Part shown: positions 14,301 through 28,390 of the stretch, piece after piece
Numbering within the stretch: the first letter of the stretch is position 1
How the letters are laid out: every line of letters begins with the position of its first letter
Source of the DNA: Paragordius varius
Lineage: Eukaryota > Animalia > Nematomorpha
Assembly: GCA_964247055.1 (NCBI GenBank)
Contig: OZ176059.1
Coordinates: 2,852,001-2,916,000, forward strand
Reading direction: 5' to 3'
Length of the DNA: 64,000 nt
Notes under the pieces: model-generated
What the model was told of the DNA's origin: nothing
Seen by the model: only the letters and a program-made list of their open reading frames with translations
Databases searched by the model: none
Program-made: the position numbers and the translations under genes

Positions 14301-16548
14301 AGTTGTAGATGATTGTGTAAAATACCCATATAAGATTGGTTAATTTAATTTAATTCTATGAAAGTTGTGGATGATTTTTTAAAATACCCATATAAGATTG
14401 GTTAATTTAATTTAATTCTATGAAAGTTGTGGATGATTGTGTAAAATACCCATATAAGATTGGTTAATTTAATTTAATTCTATGAAAGTTGTGGATGATT
14501 TTCTAAAATACCCATATAAGATTGGTTAATATAATTTGATTGTATGAAAGTTGTAGATGATTGTGTAAAATACCCATATAAGATTGGTTAATTTAATTTA
14601 ATTCTATGAAAGTTGTGGATGATTTTGTAAAATACCCATAGAAGATTGGTTAATTTAATTTAATATGAAAGTTGTGGATGATTGTGTAAAATACCCATAT
14701 AAGATTGTTTAATATAATTTGATTGTATGAAAGTTGTGGATGATTGTGTAAAATACCCATATAAGATTGGTTAATATAATTTGATTGTTGAAAAATTGTG
14801 GATGATTGTGTAAAATACCCATATAAGATTGGTTAATATAATTTGATTGTATGAAAGTTGTGGATGATTTTGTAAAATACCCATATAAGATTGGTTACGA
14901 TAATTTGATTGTATGAAAGTTGATGATTTTGTAAAATACCCATATAAGATTGGCTAATATAATTGATTGTTGAAAAATTGTGGATGATTGTGTAAAATAC
15001 CCATATAAGATTGGTTAATATAATTTGATTGTATGAAAGTTGTGGATGATTTTGTAAAATACCCATATAAGATTGGTTAATATAATTTGATTGTTGAAAT
15101 TTTGTGGATGATTGTGAAAAATACCCATATAAGATTGGTTAATATAATTTGATTGTATGAAAGTTGTGGATGATTTTGTAAAATACCCATATAAGATTGG
15201 TTACGATAATTTGATTGTATGAAAGTTGATGATTTTGTAAAATACCCATATAAGATTGGTTAATATAATTGATTGTTGAAAAATTGTGGATGATTGTGTA
15301 AAATACCCATATAAGATTGGTTAATATAATTTGATTGTATGAAAGTTGTGGATGATTTTGTAAAATACCCATATAAGATTGGTTAATATAATTTAATTCT
15401 ATGAAAGTTGTCGATGATTGTGTAAAATACCCATATAAGATTGGTTAATATAATTTGATTGTATGAAAGTTGTGGATGATTGTGTAAAATACCCATATAA
15501 GATTGGTTAATATAATTGATTGTTGAAAAATTGTGGATGATTGTGTAAAATACCCATATAAGATTGGTTAATATAATTTGATTGTATGAAAGTTGTGGAT
15601 GATTTTGTAAAATACCCATATAAGATTGGTTAATATAATTTGATTGTTGAAATTTTGTGGATGATTGTGAAAAATACCCATATAAGATTGGTTAATATAA
15701 TTTGATTATATGAAAGTTGTGGATGATTGTGTAAAATACCCATATAAGATTGGTTAATATAATTTGATTGTATGAAAGTTGTACATGATTGTGTAAAATA
15801 CCCATATAAGATTGGTTAATATAATTTGATTGTATGAAAGTTGTGGATGATTTTGTAAAATACCCATATAAGATTGGTTAATATAATTGATTGTTGAAAA
15901 ATTGTGGATGATTGTGTAAAATACCCATATAAGATTGGTTAATATAATTTGATTATATGAAAGTTGTGGATGATTGTGTAAAATACCCATATAAGATTGG
16001 TTAATATAATTTGATTGTATGAAAGTTGTGGATGATTTTGTAAAATACCCATATAAGATTGGTTAATATAATTTGATTGTTGAAATTTTGTGGATGATTG
16101 TGAAAAATACCCATATAAGATTGGTTAATATAATTTGATTATATGAAAGTTGTGGATGCTTGTGTAAAATACCCATATAAGATTGGTTAATATAATTTGA
16201 TTGTTGAAATGTTGTGTATGCTTGTTATAAACCCATATAAGATTGGTTAATATAATTTGATTGTTGAAATTTTGTGGATGATTGTGAAAAATACCCATAT
16301 AAAATTGGTTAATATAATTTGATTATTTAAATGTTGTGGATGCTTGTTTAAAAAACCCATATAAGATTGGTTAATATAATTTGATTGTTGAAATTTTGTG
16401 GATGATTGTGATAAATATCCATATAAGATTGGTTAATATCATTTGAATGTTGAAAGTTATGGATTATTGTATAAAATACCCATATAAGATTGGTTAATAA
16501 AATTTGATTGTATGAAAGTTGTTTATGCTTCTTTAAAAACCCATATAT
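11398..16548. repeat. 62-bp satellite, array 1 (about 83 units)
   Basis: Consensus GATTGTATGAAAGTTGTGGATGATTGTGTAAAATACCCATATAAGATTGGTTAATATAATTT; variant blocks change along the array. Confidence 0.97.
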
Positions 16549-19500
16549 TATAGCAATTTATGTTAACATTTGTAATAATGTTGTTACGTATTTAGATGCG
16601 GAATTTTGTGGGTTTTTATCTTTGATAAATTAATAAATAGTAAAATACGTATTTTAAGATATTTTATGTTAATTATTCCTAAATTTAATAATAAATATTT
16701 TTCAACATGCTAAATACCTGTATTAATTAATCTTGGTATTATAATTTTATATAGTTGTTATTACTAATTTAAAAAACACAGGTAAATATATATTTGTGAA
16801 AATTTAAGTAGATTTTTGTCTTTTATGTTTTGCATTATTTTTATCAGGTAAAAATTGCGGTTTTTAATAAATTTCCTAAAAATTTAGTTTTTTTTGATTT
16901 TTAGGTTTTGCATTGTTAGTTGTAATTAATTACTACATATTTTGGACATTATAATAAATAGAGGTAAAAATTGCGTTTTTTAATAAATTTACTAAAAATT
17001 TAGTTTTTTAGGTTTTGCATTGTTAATTGTAATTAACTACTACATATTTTGGACATTTTAATAATTACAGGTAAAAATTGCGGTTTTTAACATATTTAGT
17101 AAAAATTTTGTTTTTTTTTTGTTTTTTAGGTTTTGCATTGTTAGTTGTAATTAATTACTACATATTTTGGACATTATAATAAATAGAGGTAAAAATTGCG
17201 GTTTCAATAAATTTACTAAAAATTTAGTTTTGTAGGTTTTGCATTGTTAATTGTAATTAACTACTACATATTTTGGACATTTTAATAATTACAGGTAAAA
17301 ATTGGGGTTTTTAACAAATTTAGTAAAAATTTTGTTTTTTTTTGTTTTTTTAGGTTTTGCATTGTTAGTTGTAATTAATTACTACATATTTTGGACATTA
17401 TAATAAATAGAGGTAAAAATTGCGGTTTTTAATAAATTTACTAAAAATTTAGTTTTGTAGGTTTTGCATTGTTAATTGTAATTAACTACTACATATTTTG
17501 GACATTTTATTAATAATTACAGGTAAAAATTGCGGTTTTTAACAAATTTAGTAAAAATTTTGTTTTTTTTTGTTTTTTTAGGTTTTGCATTGTTAATTGT
17601 AATTAACTACTACATATTTTGGACATTTAAATAATTACAGGTAAAAATTGCGGTTTTTAACAAATTCAGTAAAAATTTAGTTTTTTTTTGTTTTTTTTAG
17701 GTTTTGCATTGTTAATTGTAACCAACTACTGCATATTTTGGACATTATAATAATTACAAAATTTAGTAAAAAGTTTATTTTTTTGTTTTAGAGGATTTTC
17801 ATTGTTAATTGTAATTAATTAATTTTGGACATTTCAATTAATAAAGGTAAAAAATGAGGTTGTTTTTATATTTAATAAAATTTAATATTTTCTTGTTTTT
17901 TTATTTAATATTGTTAATTGTAATTAATTACTACATATTTGGAAATTTTAATAAATACAGGTGAAAATGGCGGTTTTTAACAAATTTCAAATGTAACATT
18001 TTTTGTATCTTGTATCATTGTTATTTAATTAATTATTAAATATTTTGGACATTTAAAAAACTTGTGTAAATTGCGGTTTTTATTAAATTAGTAAATTTTA
18101 TTTTTTGTTCAACCTTGCTAATTTATTTATCACTATATATTTGTGATACATTGATATATACAGGTAAAAATTACTATGACTTGCGGTTTTTTGAATTTTT
18201 TAAAATATTTTTTTTACATTGATAACTTATATAATAAATATAGTTAACATATCTGAGTAGGTAAAAATGCATGTTACGGTTTTATGTTTGACATTTTATT
18301 TTTCATCAACTATTTATATTTTAACAAACAACTTATGTCACCAAAGATTGAAAATAAGATCAAGATATATAAAACATCTTTTAAAGGATCAGAATATCGC
18401 CAAATATAAATAAATTTATTTAAATTATAAATGTATAATTATACAAAGTCTGAAATTAACATTCTTCTTATTGATATTAATACAGGTAATTTGTTTATAT
18501 AATTGATGTACGATGCGGTGTGCGTTCATGATGATCATATGGATTGAAGAATAGTATAAGATGTAGATAATCCTGAAAATTTTAATCACCATCATTTTTT
18601 TAGGTAGATTCTATCACCTAAAATATAAGATAATTGATTATTAGAAAATTGATACCTGGAAATATTGGGGGAAACATTCATAGTTTGAAAGGAAACTCAA
18701 AAGGTTGACTTGGCTTTTTAACAACTAAATTTGCAAAAAAATATTTTCTTCATGATAAAATATTCAAAAATGATACCTTATTTTACGTTTTCGTTTTACC
18801 ATCCTAAACTTTAAATATTAAAAATTATTCTTCACCAAAGCAAACAATGTAAGTGTTGCCTGCTTTTGGAGTGCTGTTGCATTCCAAGCTTTTGAAAAAA
18901 ATTATTTGTTTCTATTTTCTATTTGACGTCATTGGTATGGTGAAATCATATAAGCCTTTTCATATTTATAGTTTAGGATGGTAGAACGAAAAAAAACATA
19001 AGTATCATTTTTGAATATTTTATCATGAAGAAAATATTTTTTTGCAAATTTAGTTGTTAAAAAGCCAAGTCAACCTTTTGAGTTTCCTTTCAAACTATGA
19101 ATGTTTCCCCCAATATTTCCAGGTATCAATTTTCTAATAATCAATTATCTTATATTTTAGGTGATAGAATCTACCTAAAAAAATGATGGTGATTAAAATT
19201 TTCAGGATTATCTACATCTTATACTATTCTTCAATCCATATGATCATCATGAACGCACACCGCATCGTACATCAATTATATAAACAAATTACCTGTATTA
19301 ATATCAATAAGAAGAATGTTAATTTCAAACTTTGTATAATTATACATTTATAATTTAAATAAATTTATTTATATTTGGCGATATTCTGATCCTTTAAAAG
19401 ATGTTTTATATATCTTGATCTTATTTTCAATCTTTGGTGACATAAGTTGTTTGTTAAAATATAAATAGTTGATGGAAAATAAAATGTCAAACATAAAACC

Positions 19501-20736
19501 GTAACATGCATTTTTACCTACTCAGATATGTTAACTATATTTATTATATAAGTTATCAATGTAAAAAAAATATTTTAAAAAATTCAAAAAACCGCAAGTC
19601 ATAGTAATTTTTACCTGTATATATCAATGTATCACAAATATATAGTGATAAATAAGTTAGCAAGGTTGAACAAAAAATAAAATTTACTAATTTAATAAAA
19701 ACCGCAATTTACACAAGTTTTTTAAATGTCCAAAATATTTAATAATTAATTAAATAACAATGATACAAGATACAAAAAATGTTACATTTGAAATTTGTTA
19801 AAAACCGCCATTTTCACCTGTATTTATTAAAATTTCCAAATATGTAGTAATGAATTACAATTAACAATATTAAATAAAAAAACAAGAAAATATTAAATTT
19901 ATTAAATATAAAAACAACCTCATTTTTTACCTTTTATTAACAATGAAAATCCTCTAAAACAAAAAAATAAACTTTTTACTAAATTTTGTAATTATTATAA
20001 TGTCCAAAATATGCAGTAGTTAGTTACAATTAACAATGCAAAACCTAAAAAAAACAAAAAAAACTAAATTTTTACTGAATTTGTTAAAAACCGCAATTTT
20101 TACCTGTAATTATTAAAATGTCCAAAATATGTAGTAGTTAATTACAATTAACAATGCAAAACCAAAAAAAACAAAATTTTTACTAAATTTGTTAAAAACC
20201 GCAATTTTTACCTGTAATTATTAAAATGTCCAAAATATGTAGTAGTTAATATACAATTAACAATGCAAAACCTAAAAAACTAAATTTTTAGTAAATTTAT
20301 TAAAAACCGCAATTTTTACCTCTATTTATTATAATGTACAAAATATGTAGTAATTAATTACAACTAACAATGCAAAACCTAAAAAACAAAAAAAACTAAA
20401 TTTTTAGGAAATTTATTAAAAACCGCAATTTTTACCTGATAAAAATAATGCAAAACATAAAAGACAAAAATCTACTTAAATTTTCACAAATATATATTTA
20501 CCTGTGTTTTTTAATTAGTAATAACAACTATATAAAATTATAATACCAAGATTAATTAATACAGGTATTTAGCATGTTAAAAATATTTATTATTAAATTT
20601 AGGAATAATTAACATAAAATATCTTAAAATACGTATTTTACTATTTATTAATTTATCAAAGATAAAAACCCACAAAATTCCGCATCTAAATACGTAACAA
20701 CATTATTACAAATGTTAACATAAATTGCTATAATAT
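16545..20736. repeat. 4.2-kb foldback inverted repeat with tandem subrepeats of about 115-125 bp in the arms
   Basis: Arm about 16545-18820 is the reverse complement of about 18962-20736 (ATATTATAGCAATTTATGTTAAC ... GTTAACATAAATTGCTATAATAT); unique spacer about 140 bp; the right arm has fewer subrepeats. Confidence 0.93.
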
Positions 20737-20918
20737 TCCCAAAATTTAACATTACAAAATATCCATCAAATTAAAGCCTATGTTAATTCTCACGTCAATC
20801 TTCTTTCATATGTGTACTACGAAATAATTTCGTGGGTCAGTATTTTACGCTTTTGATAAACCATTTATGTTATTTGGCAGGCAATAAAATTACTTAACAG
20901 ACATTAAAATGCATACTG
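20737..20918. mobile_element. Terminal fragment of a family-C element
   Basis: Ends CATTAAAATGCATACTG|TA, the family C terminus, directly at a satellite TA. Confidence 0.55.
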
Positions 20919-23900
20919 TAATTTGATTGTATGAAAGTTGTGGATGCTTGTGTAAAATACCCATATAAGATTGGTTAATATAATTTGATTGTATGAAAGT
21001 TGTGGATGATTTTGTAAAATACCCATATAAGATTGGTTAATATAATTTGATTGTATGAAAGTTGTCGATGCTTGTGTAAAATACCCATATAAGATTGGTT
21101 AATATAATTTGATTGTATGAAAGTTGTGGATGCTTGTGTAAAATACCCATATAAGATTGGTTAATATAATTTGATTGTATGAAAGTTGTGGATGATTTTG
21201 TAAAATACCCATATAAGATTGGTTAATATAATTTGATTGTATGAAAGTTGTGGATGATTTTGTAAAATACCCATATAAGATTGGTTAATATAATTTGATT
21301 GTATGAAAGTTGTCGATGCTTGTGTAAAATACCCATATAAGATTGGTTAATATAATTTGATTGTATGAAAGTTGTGGATGCTTGTGTAAAATACCCATAT
21401 AAGATTGGTTAATATAATTTGATTGTATGAAAGTTGTGGATGATTTTGTAAAATACCCATATAAGATTGGTTAATATAATTTGATTGTTGAAAGTTGTCG
21501 ATGCTTGTGTAAAATACCCATATAAGATTGGTTAATATAATTTGATTGTATGAAAGTTGTGGATGATTTTGTAAAATACCCATATAAGATTGGTTAATAT
21601 AATTTGATTGTATGAAAGTTGTGGATGCTTGTGTAAAATACCCATATAAGATTGGTTAATATAATTTGATTGTATGAAAGTTGTGGATGATTTTGTAAAA
21701 TACCCATATAAGATTGGTTAATATAATTTGATTGTTGAAAGTTGTCGATGCTTGTGTAAAATACCCATATAAGATTGGTTAATATAATTTGATTGTATGA
21801 AAGTTGTGGATGATTTTGTAAAATACCCATATAAGATTGGTTAATATAATTTGATTGTATGAAAGTTGTGGATGCTTGTGTAAAATACCCATATAAGATT
21901 GGTTAATATAATTTGATTGTATGAAAGTTGTGGATGATTTTGTAAAATACCCATATAAGATTGGTTAATATAATTTGATTGTTGAAAGTTGTCGATGCTT
22001 GTGTAAAATACCCATATAAGATTGGTTAATATAATTTGATTGTATGAAAGTTGTGGATGATTTTGTAAAATACCCATATAAGATTGGTTAATATAATTTG
22101 ATTGTTGAAAGTTGTCGATGCTTGTGTAAAATACCCATATAAGATTGGTTAATATAATTTGATTGTATGAAAGTTGTGGATGATTTTGTAAAATACCCAT
22201 ATAAGATTGGTTAATATAATTTGATTGTATGAAAGTTGTGGATGCTTGTGTAAAATACCCATATAAGATTGGTTAATATAATTTGATTGTATGAAAGTTG
22301 TGGATGATTTTGTAAAATACCCATATAAGATTGGTTAATATAATTTGATTGTATGAAAGTTGTCGATGCTTGTGTAAAATACCCATATAAGATTGGTTAA
22401 TATAATTTGATTGTATGAAAGTTGTGGATGCTTGTGTAAAATACCCATATAAGATTGGTTAATATAATTTGATTGTTGAAAGTTGTCGATGCTTGTGTAA
22501 AATACCCATATAAGATTGGTTAATATAATTTGATTGTATGAAAGTTGTGGATGATTTTGTAAAATACCCATATAAGATTGGTTAATATAATTTGATTGTT
22601 GAAAGTTGTCGATGCTTGTGTAAAATACCCATATAAGATTGGTTAATATAATTTGATTGTATGAAAGTTGTGGATGATTTTGTAAAATACCCATATAAGA
22701 TTGGTTAATATAATTTGATTGTATGAAAGTTGTCGATGCTTGTGTAAAATACCCATATAAGATTGGTTAATATAATTTGATTGTATGAAAGTTGTGGATG
22801 CTTGTGTAAAATACCCATATAAGATTGGTTAATATAATTTGATTGTATGAAAGTTGTGGATGATTTTGTAAAATACCCATATAAGATTGGTTAATATAAT
22901 TTGATTGTTGAAAGTTGTCGATGCTTGTGTAAAATACCCATATAAGATTGGTTAATATAATTTGATTGTATGAAAGTTGTGGATGATTTTGTAAAATACC
23001 CATATAAGATTGGTTAATATAATTTGATTGTATGAAAGTTGTGGATGATTTTGTAAAATACCCATATAAGATTGGTTAATATAATTTGATTGTATGAAAG
23101 TTGTGGATGCTTGTGTAAAATACCCATATAAGATTGGTTAATATAATTTGATTGTTGAAAGTTGTCGATGCTTGTGTAAAATACCCATATAAGATTGGTT
23201 AATATAATTTGATTGTATGAAAGTTGTGGATGATTTTGTAAAATACCCATATAAGATTGGTTAATATAATTTGATTGTTGAAAGTTGTCGATGCTTGTGT
23301 AAAATACCCATATAAGATTGGTTAATATAATTTGATTGTATGAAAGTTGTGGATGATTTTGTAAAATACCCATATAAGATTGGTTAATATAATTTGATTG
23401 TATGAAAGTTGTCGATGCTTGTGTAAAATACCCATATAAGATTGGTTAATATAATTTGATTGTATGAAAGTTGTGGATGCTTGTGTAAAATACCCATATA
23501 AGATTGGTTAATATAATTTGATTGTATGAAAGTTGTGGATGATTTTGTAAAATACCCATATAAGATTGGTTAATATAATTTGATTGTATGAAAGTTGTGG
23601 ATGATTTTGTAAAATACCCATATAAGATTGGTTAATATAATTTGATTGTATGAAAGTTGTGGATGCTTGTGTAAAATACCCATATAAGATTGGTTAATAT
23701 AATTTGATTGTATGAAAGTTGTGGATGATTTTGTAAAATACCCATATAAGATTGGTTAATATAATTTGATTGTATGAAAGTTGTGGATGATTTTGTAAAA
23801 TACCCATATAAGATTGGTTAATATAATTTGATTGTATGAAAGTTGTGGATGCTTGTGTAAAATACCCATATAAGATTGGTTAATATAATTTAATTGTATG

Positions 23901-24012
23901 AAAGTTGTGGATGATTTTGTAAAATACCCATATAAGATTGGTTAATATAATTTAATTCTATGAAAGTTGTGGATAATTGTGTAAAATACCCATATAAGAT
24001 TGGTTAATATAA
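20919..24012. repeat. 62-bp satellite, array 2 (about 50 highly homogeneous units, higher-order repeat)
   Basis: Few 61/62-bp variants; identical shadow ORFs recur at 21347, 21594 and 21841, a 247-bp period. Confidence 0.97.
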
Positions 24013-25133
24013 CACTAGACAACAAATTTTAACTTTTTTTAACTGCCATTCTTGTAAATTTAAAATTAATTTCATTAAAGTAAATTAGTATATCTGAAAA
24101 GAAAATTGGTCTTACATGGAAGAATTTTTTTATATTAGAGTTTATCGATAATTTTTGGCCCCGATATAACATTAAACTCGAAATTTCAAAAATTTAAAGT
24201 TTTAGATATGAAGCCATGTATTTTATATCATTCGAAAGAGCTCAAAAAACTGCATCTTTTAAATGGTAGTAAGTCATTTAAATCAATCGGATGTAAAAGT
24301 TATTTGGATTTAAATGGTCGAAATTTTTAATCCTTAAATAAGTCAAGAATTTTCACAGACAAACTTATTTGAAAATCATATAAATTATTTTAATATAATT
24401 ATTAGGGTTATATTAGTATTTAATTAAAAAAAATGTTTGGAAAAGCTTTTGGTTTGCTTTTTTAATAAAAATTATTATTATCATAAATATTTTACCTAGT
24501 GGATACTAAAATGCATAGTTATAACTGTAAATTTATTACATAATGGCTATAAAAGATCAAAAATACCTTAAACTTTGTTTTTATCTTTAAATTTTCGAAA
24601 TTATCAGCCTTGTAAAGAAAATAAAATAATAAGGATGAGATGGTAATTTTTAAAAAACAAAAAACTTAAAAATGGCTGTTTTGAGTGACATAAAAGCAAT
24701 AAAAAATGTTTTAATCAAAAAAAACTTTCTTGTGTTATCTTTTTTGGACATTCATCTCCATCTAAACAAAGTTTGAGCTATTTTCATCCATTAGTTTTAT
24801 AAATATAATAATTAAAAAAAATGCTCTCGCTTCTCGCGTTTGTCGCTCTTTGTGTCCAATATTAACTGTCGATGTAATACATATTAGTATACATATTATA
24901 GAGTTTTTAATACTCTTTCGAATGATATATTACAAATGGGCATTACTTGTATATTTTCAAAGAAAAACATTTTTTAGTAAAATTTTGATAAAGAGGGCGC
25001 ATAATCTAAAAAATCAAATTATACAAAATTCTTCCAACGAGTTATAATTTTTAATTCAGATTTACTGTTAAAATGATATTAAATATCAAAAAATGCAAAA
25101 AACTCGAGTGGCAGAAAAATTTGTTGTCTAGTG
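24013..25133. mobile_element. MITE/non-autonomous DNA transposon family E (1121 bp) inserted in the satellite
   Basis: TIR CACTAGACAACAAATTT ... AAATTTGTTGTCTAGTG; satellite phase resumes with TAATTT after it; inverted homolog at about 36390-37335. Confidence 0.85.
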
Positions 25134-25329
25134 TAATTTAATTTTATGAAAGTTGTGGATAATTGTGTAAAATACCCATATAAGATAGGTTAATATAATT
25201 TGATTGTATGAAAGTTGTGGATGATTGTGTAAAATACCCATATAAGATTGGTTAATATAATTTGATTGTATGAAAGTTGTGGATGATTGTGTAAAATACC
25301 CATATAAGATTGGTTAATATAATTGATTG
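25134..25329. repeat. 62-bp satellite, array 3 (about 3 units; continuation of array 2)
   Basis: Same consensus as arrays 1 and 2. Confidence 0.95.
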
Positions 25330-26669
25330 TTGTTGTTGTTATGGATGGAACAATGGGACACAATTATACAAATCAATAATACGAATTCAATGACAAGATG
25401 TCCAAAGGGAAGACCGAAATTATCATCTCTTATTATAAAAGCTTCTCCAGCTAAAGTCCACAAAAGAGAAGTTCTACCTCTCCCATAAAATTGCCTCAAA
25501 TTTTGAATAAAATCATGGGGAAGTTCCTTGGGACGATGCAGTAAAAAACTCTCTTATTTATATTCATTGCCATTTTGATATCTTAATAGCTTTGTGAAAA
25601 AATTCTGAATCCAAATATGCTACAGGTAGGATTCAATGTTTTTTAAAAGTAGCATTCATAAAATAACTTTTATGCTAATCCGATTCTCCAACCGATTTTT
25701 ATATATCAATAATTTTTTTTATAGAATGACAAGTTTTTAGATCAAAGCAAAAAAACATTTAGTAATTTTAGCCTTGGTATATGTTATACAAATATTTTGA
25801 ATTTGTGTATATATTAACAATGTGTACGCAGGAGGAAATGGCAAATTTTCAGAAAAACAAAACTACAATCATCCCAGAAATTAAAGTTTATGAAATGAAA
25901 AAACCATTAATAACTCAATTACAATTCCATGTGCCTGAATCCTCAATACTTACAATTAAGTCTATGAATCGGAAAAAATCGTTTTTAAGTAACCATATAC
26001 TTACAAATTAATATCTTATATGTGTATAAAAGATTTATGAGTGGTTTTATGCACTTAATAAATTAAAAATTTTATGGCGAATATTCCTAGCAAATAAACT
26101 TCTGAGATTTGTTTTTAAAAGATGTCTTTTAATTTTTACAATTCTTTATATATATTCGAAATTATCATTTGCCATATCTACTAAATTAAAAATTATATTT
26201 TCCGTTCCATTATATAGGAAAAAAATGAAAAATGTATTGTGTTGAATGGTGCAACATTTGAAAACCCTTAACCAAGATTTATATACCAAATTTATTGTGA
26301 TATAATTTTAAACATTGATCATTTAAATAATTATTTTCAGTACAATAAATGAATAGTAATGGATATGTATGTATAAGAATGCAACTTCAATAAAACGATC
26401 ATTATATGACCAGACACCTTTACAATTAAAATCAAAGTAAATAACTAACCAAATTGGTTTTATTGGATTGATAAAATTTAGATATTTTACAATTTGATTG
26501 AATCAATTAGTTGGAAACTCATGTTCAGAATTTTTAGTCCGATTATATTTCATGTAATAATCACTACACAGGTATGCCCTTCCAGTAAATCAAAAGCATA
26601 GAGCGGATTATCATATGTTAAGCCCAACACCAATAAAATTACAAATTTGAAAACATTTAATAGTACATT

Positions 26670-28390
26670 TTACAATCTGTTTAAACGTTGTACATTATTT
26701 TGTCTATTAAAATAATAGTAATTTAATCCGGTGCCAGACATTTTAAACTCATACTTATCCATTTTATAAGTGGTAGGGTTACCAAACACTTCATCATTGA
26801 CATCGTTAAAGAATTCATTATCTAGAAAGATAAATTTACTTTAAAATATATTTGGTGTAATGCATACCATGTGAAAAAATAATATGCACTTTCTAAAATG
26901 TCAAACTTAAATTTAACCATTTTAATATCAGCTCACTACCGTTTTTATGTAAAGTTACGAACACTTAAATATGCAATTTATAATAATATAACTTCCCTCT
27001 CAAATCAATCAATACTTTATTAATTCTGTCTTTGCTAAGTAAACGATTCCAGCCGGTTATATTGTTTAGTCCTGTACTATAGGCTGAAAATTTTCTCAAT
27101 TTTGGAAAAGTTGAAAGCACCGAAATGTCAAATGATATCAAACGATTGTAGTCCAAATTAATTTGTTTTATTGAATGTTTATACGAAGCGGGTGAAAGAT
27201 CACCAGATGTAATTTTACCGTGTTTTATTGTCAAATTTTGTAGTTGACTCCAATTTTCAATGGGTTTCAAGGTCCCTAATCCATACACAAAATTTAAATC
27301 TAAAACTTTGATATGATTTGGTTTTTGAAAAGTGTCCGGAGTAACTGTGCAATACATGACTTTCAAAGTGTTGAGAGTTTCGGGGAAGGATGGTGAGGAG
27401 AATGAGATGTTAATGTTCCGCATATGAGATAATCTGCCATTTATGAATAAGGAACGAACATTGGGAAAATTTTTGAATATGTCAGTCAGATCATAAAAAT
27501 TATCCACAATGTCCAAGAGGACTTCATTCGCTGATGTCAAACCTTGTACAGCAAAAGTGTTTGTATATGACTCTATCTCTAATCTTTTAAGTGCAGGCAA
27601 ATTCACACGCATCGTGTTATCAAATTTGGCATTTAGTGATAAATACTCTATGCCTGGATGACTAATATTTCCTACCAAACGTACATTGCCAATATATAAT
27701 CGTGCTCTTTCCAACTCTCTAAAATGATTCAATACGGTCCAGTTAAAATCTTGTTCTTCATATCCCTTTACTTCTAGGGTAAGTGATTTAACTATTATCT
27801 GTGCAGACAATAGCCTTAACAATTCAGAGGTATGTTCAATTTGATTCAAAATCAACAATTCTAAGGTCTGTTAAATTTTTTTCAAAATGCACAAAAAATG
27901 TTGAATTGTGGATACAATATTCTAGACTGGTAGTGGTATAATTAAGCTCTCCCAACATATCTTGAATTGTTGAAAGATTTGCACATTTCTCTTCTATCAT
28001 CCCATATTTTATATAGTTGCATTGAAATATCTCGGTATTTTTGCATTCATTGGACACATCTTTTATGAGCAATATTATTAACTTTTCTATGCTGGTGTTA
28101 TTAGAAAAATCATAAATTGAACCACCATATTCGCATGTACCATTAAAGTTGCCATCCTCTATCATATTCATATCATATTTCGAAGTATTTTCAGTAACTA
28201 TATAAAATATAAAAAAATTTCAAGAATACATAGAATGACATTTTTGTCAAAAAGTGTAACATTATTTTACAATAAAATTAATAAAAGTACCTCTTCTTAA
28301 TGTTTCGTTTTGAGAAAGACTAGGAATGGTTTCCTCAGAGGCTTTAAAAGATAAGCACAGAAGCAAAAATGATATAAGAATAAATATCAT
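26670..28390 (-). pseudogene. Secreted LRR protein, copy 1 (disrupted)
   Basis: Exons 28390-28291 (MIFILISFLLLCLSFKASEE signal peptide), 28197-26997 and 26821-26670. A 2-nt deletion at about 27840 (AATTGAA vs AATATTGAC in copy 2) splits the ORF; the exon-2 donor reads GGAAG instead of GTAAG (26996-26995). Confidence 0.8.

Noticed and set aside
18330-18960. Protein-like words in the palindrome (LIPGNIGG like a paired domain; HLHCLLW like a Helitron HUH motif)
   Set aside because: Short, surrounded by stop codons and with wrong motif spacing; not supportable without a profile search.
11438-23373. Many MGILQNHPQ... ORFs
   Set aside because: Chance open frames through the 62-bp satellite.
11398-24012. 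CRISPR-like look (constant block plus variable block)
   Set aside because: The variable parts are point variants of one sequence, not unique spacers; eukaryotic context and no cas genes. It is a satellite.
25330-25560. Coding-like patch after satellite array 3 (KGRPKL)
   Set aside because: No long frame or recognisable domain on either strand.
28198-28290. Apparent +1 frameshift near the start of LRR copy 1
   Set aside because: It lies in the 93-nt intron 1 once the upstream signal-peptide exon is recognised.
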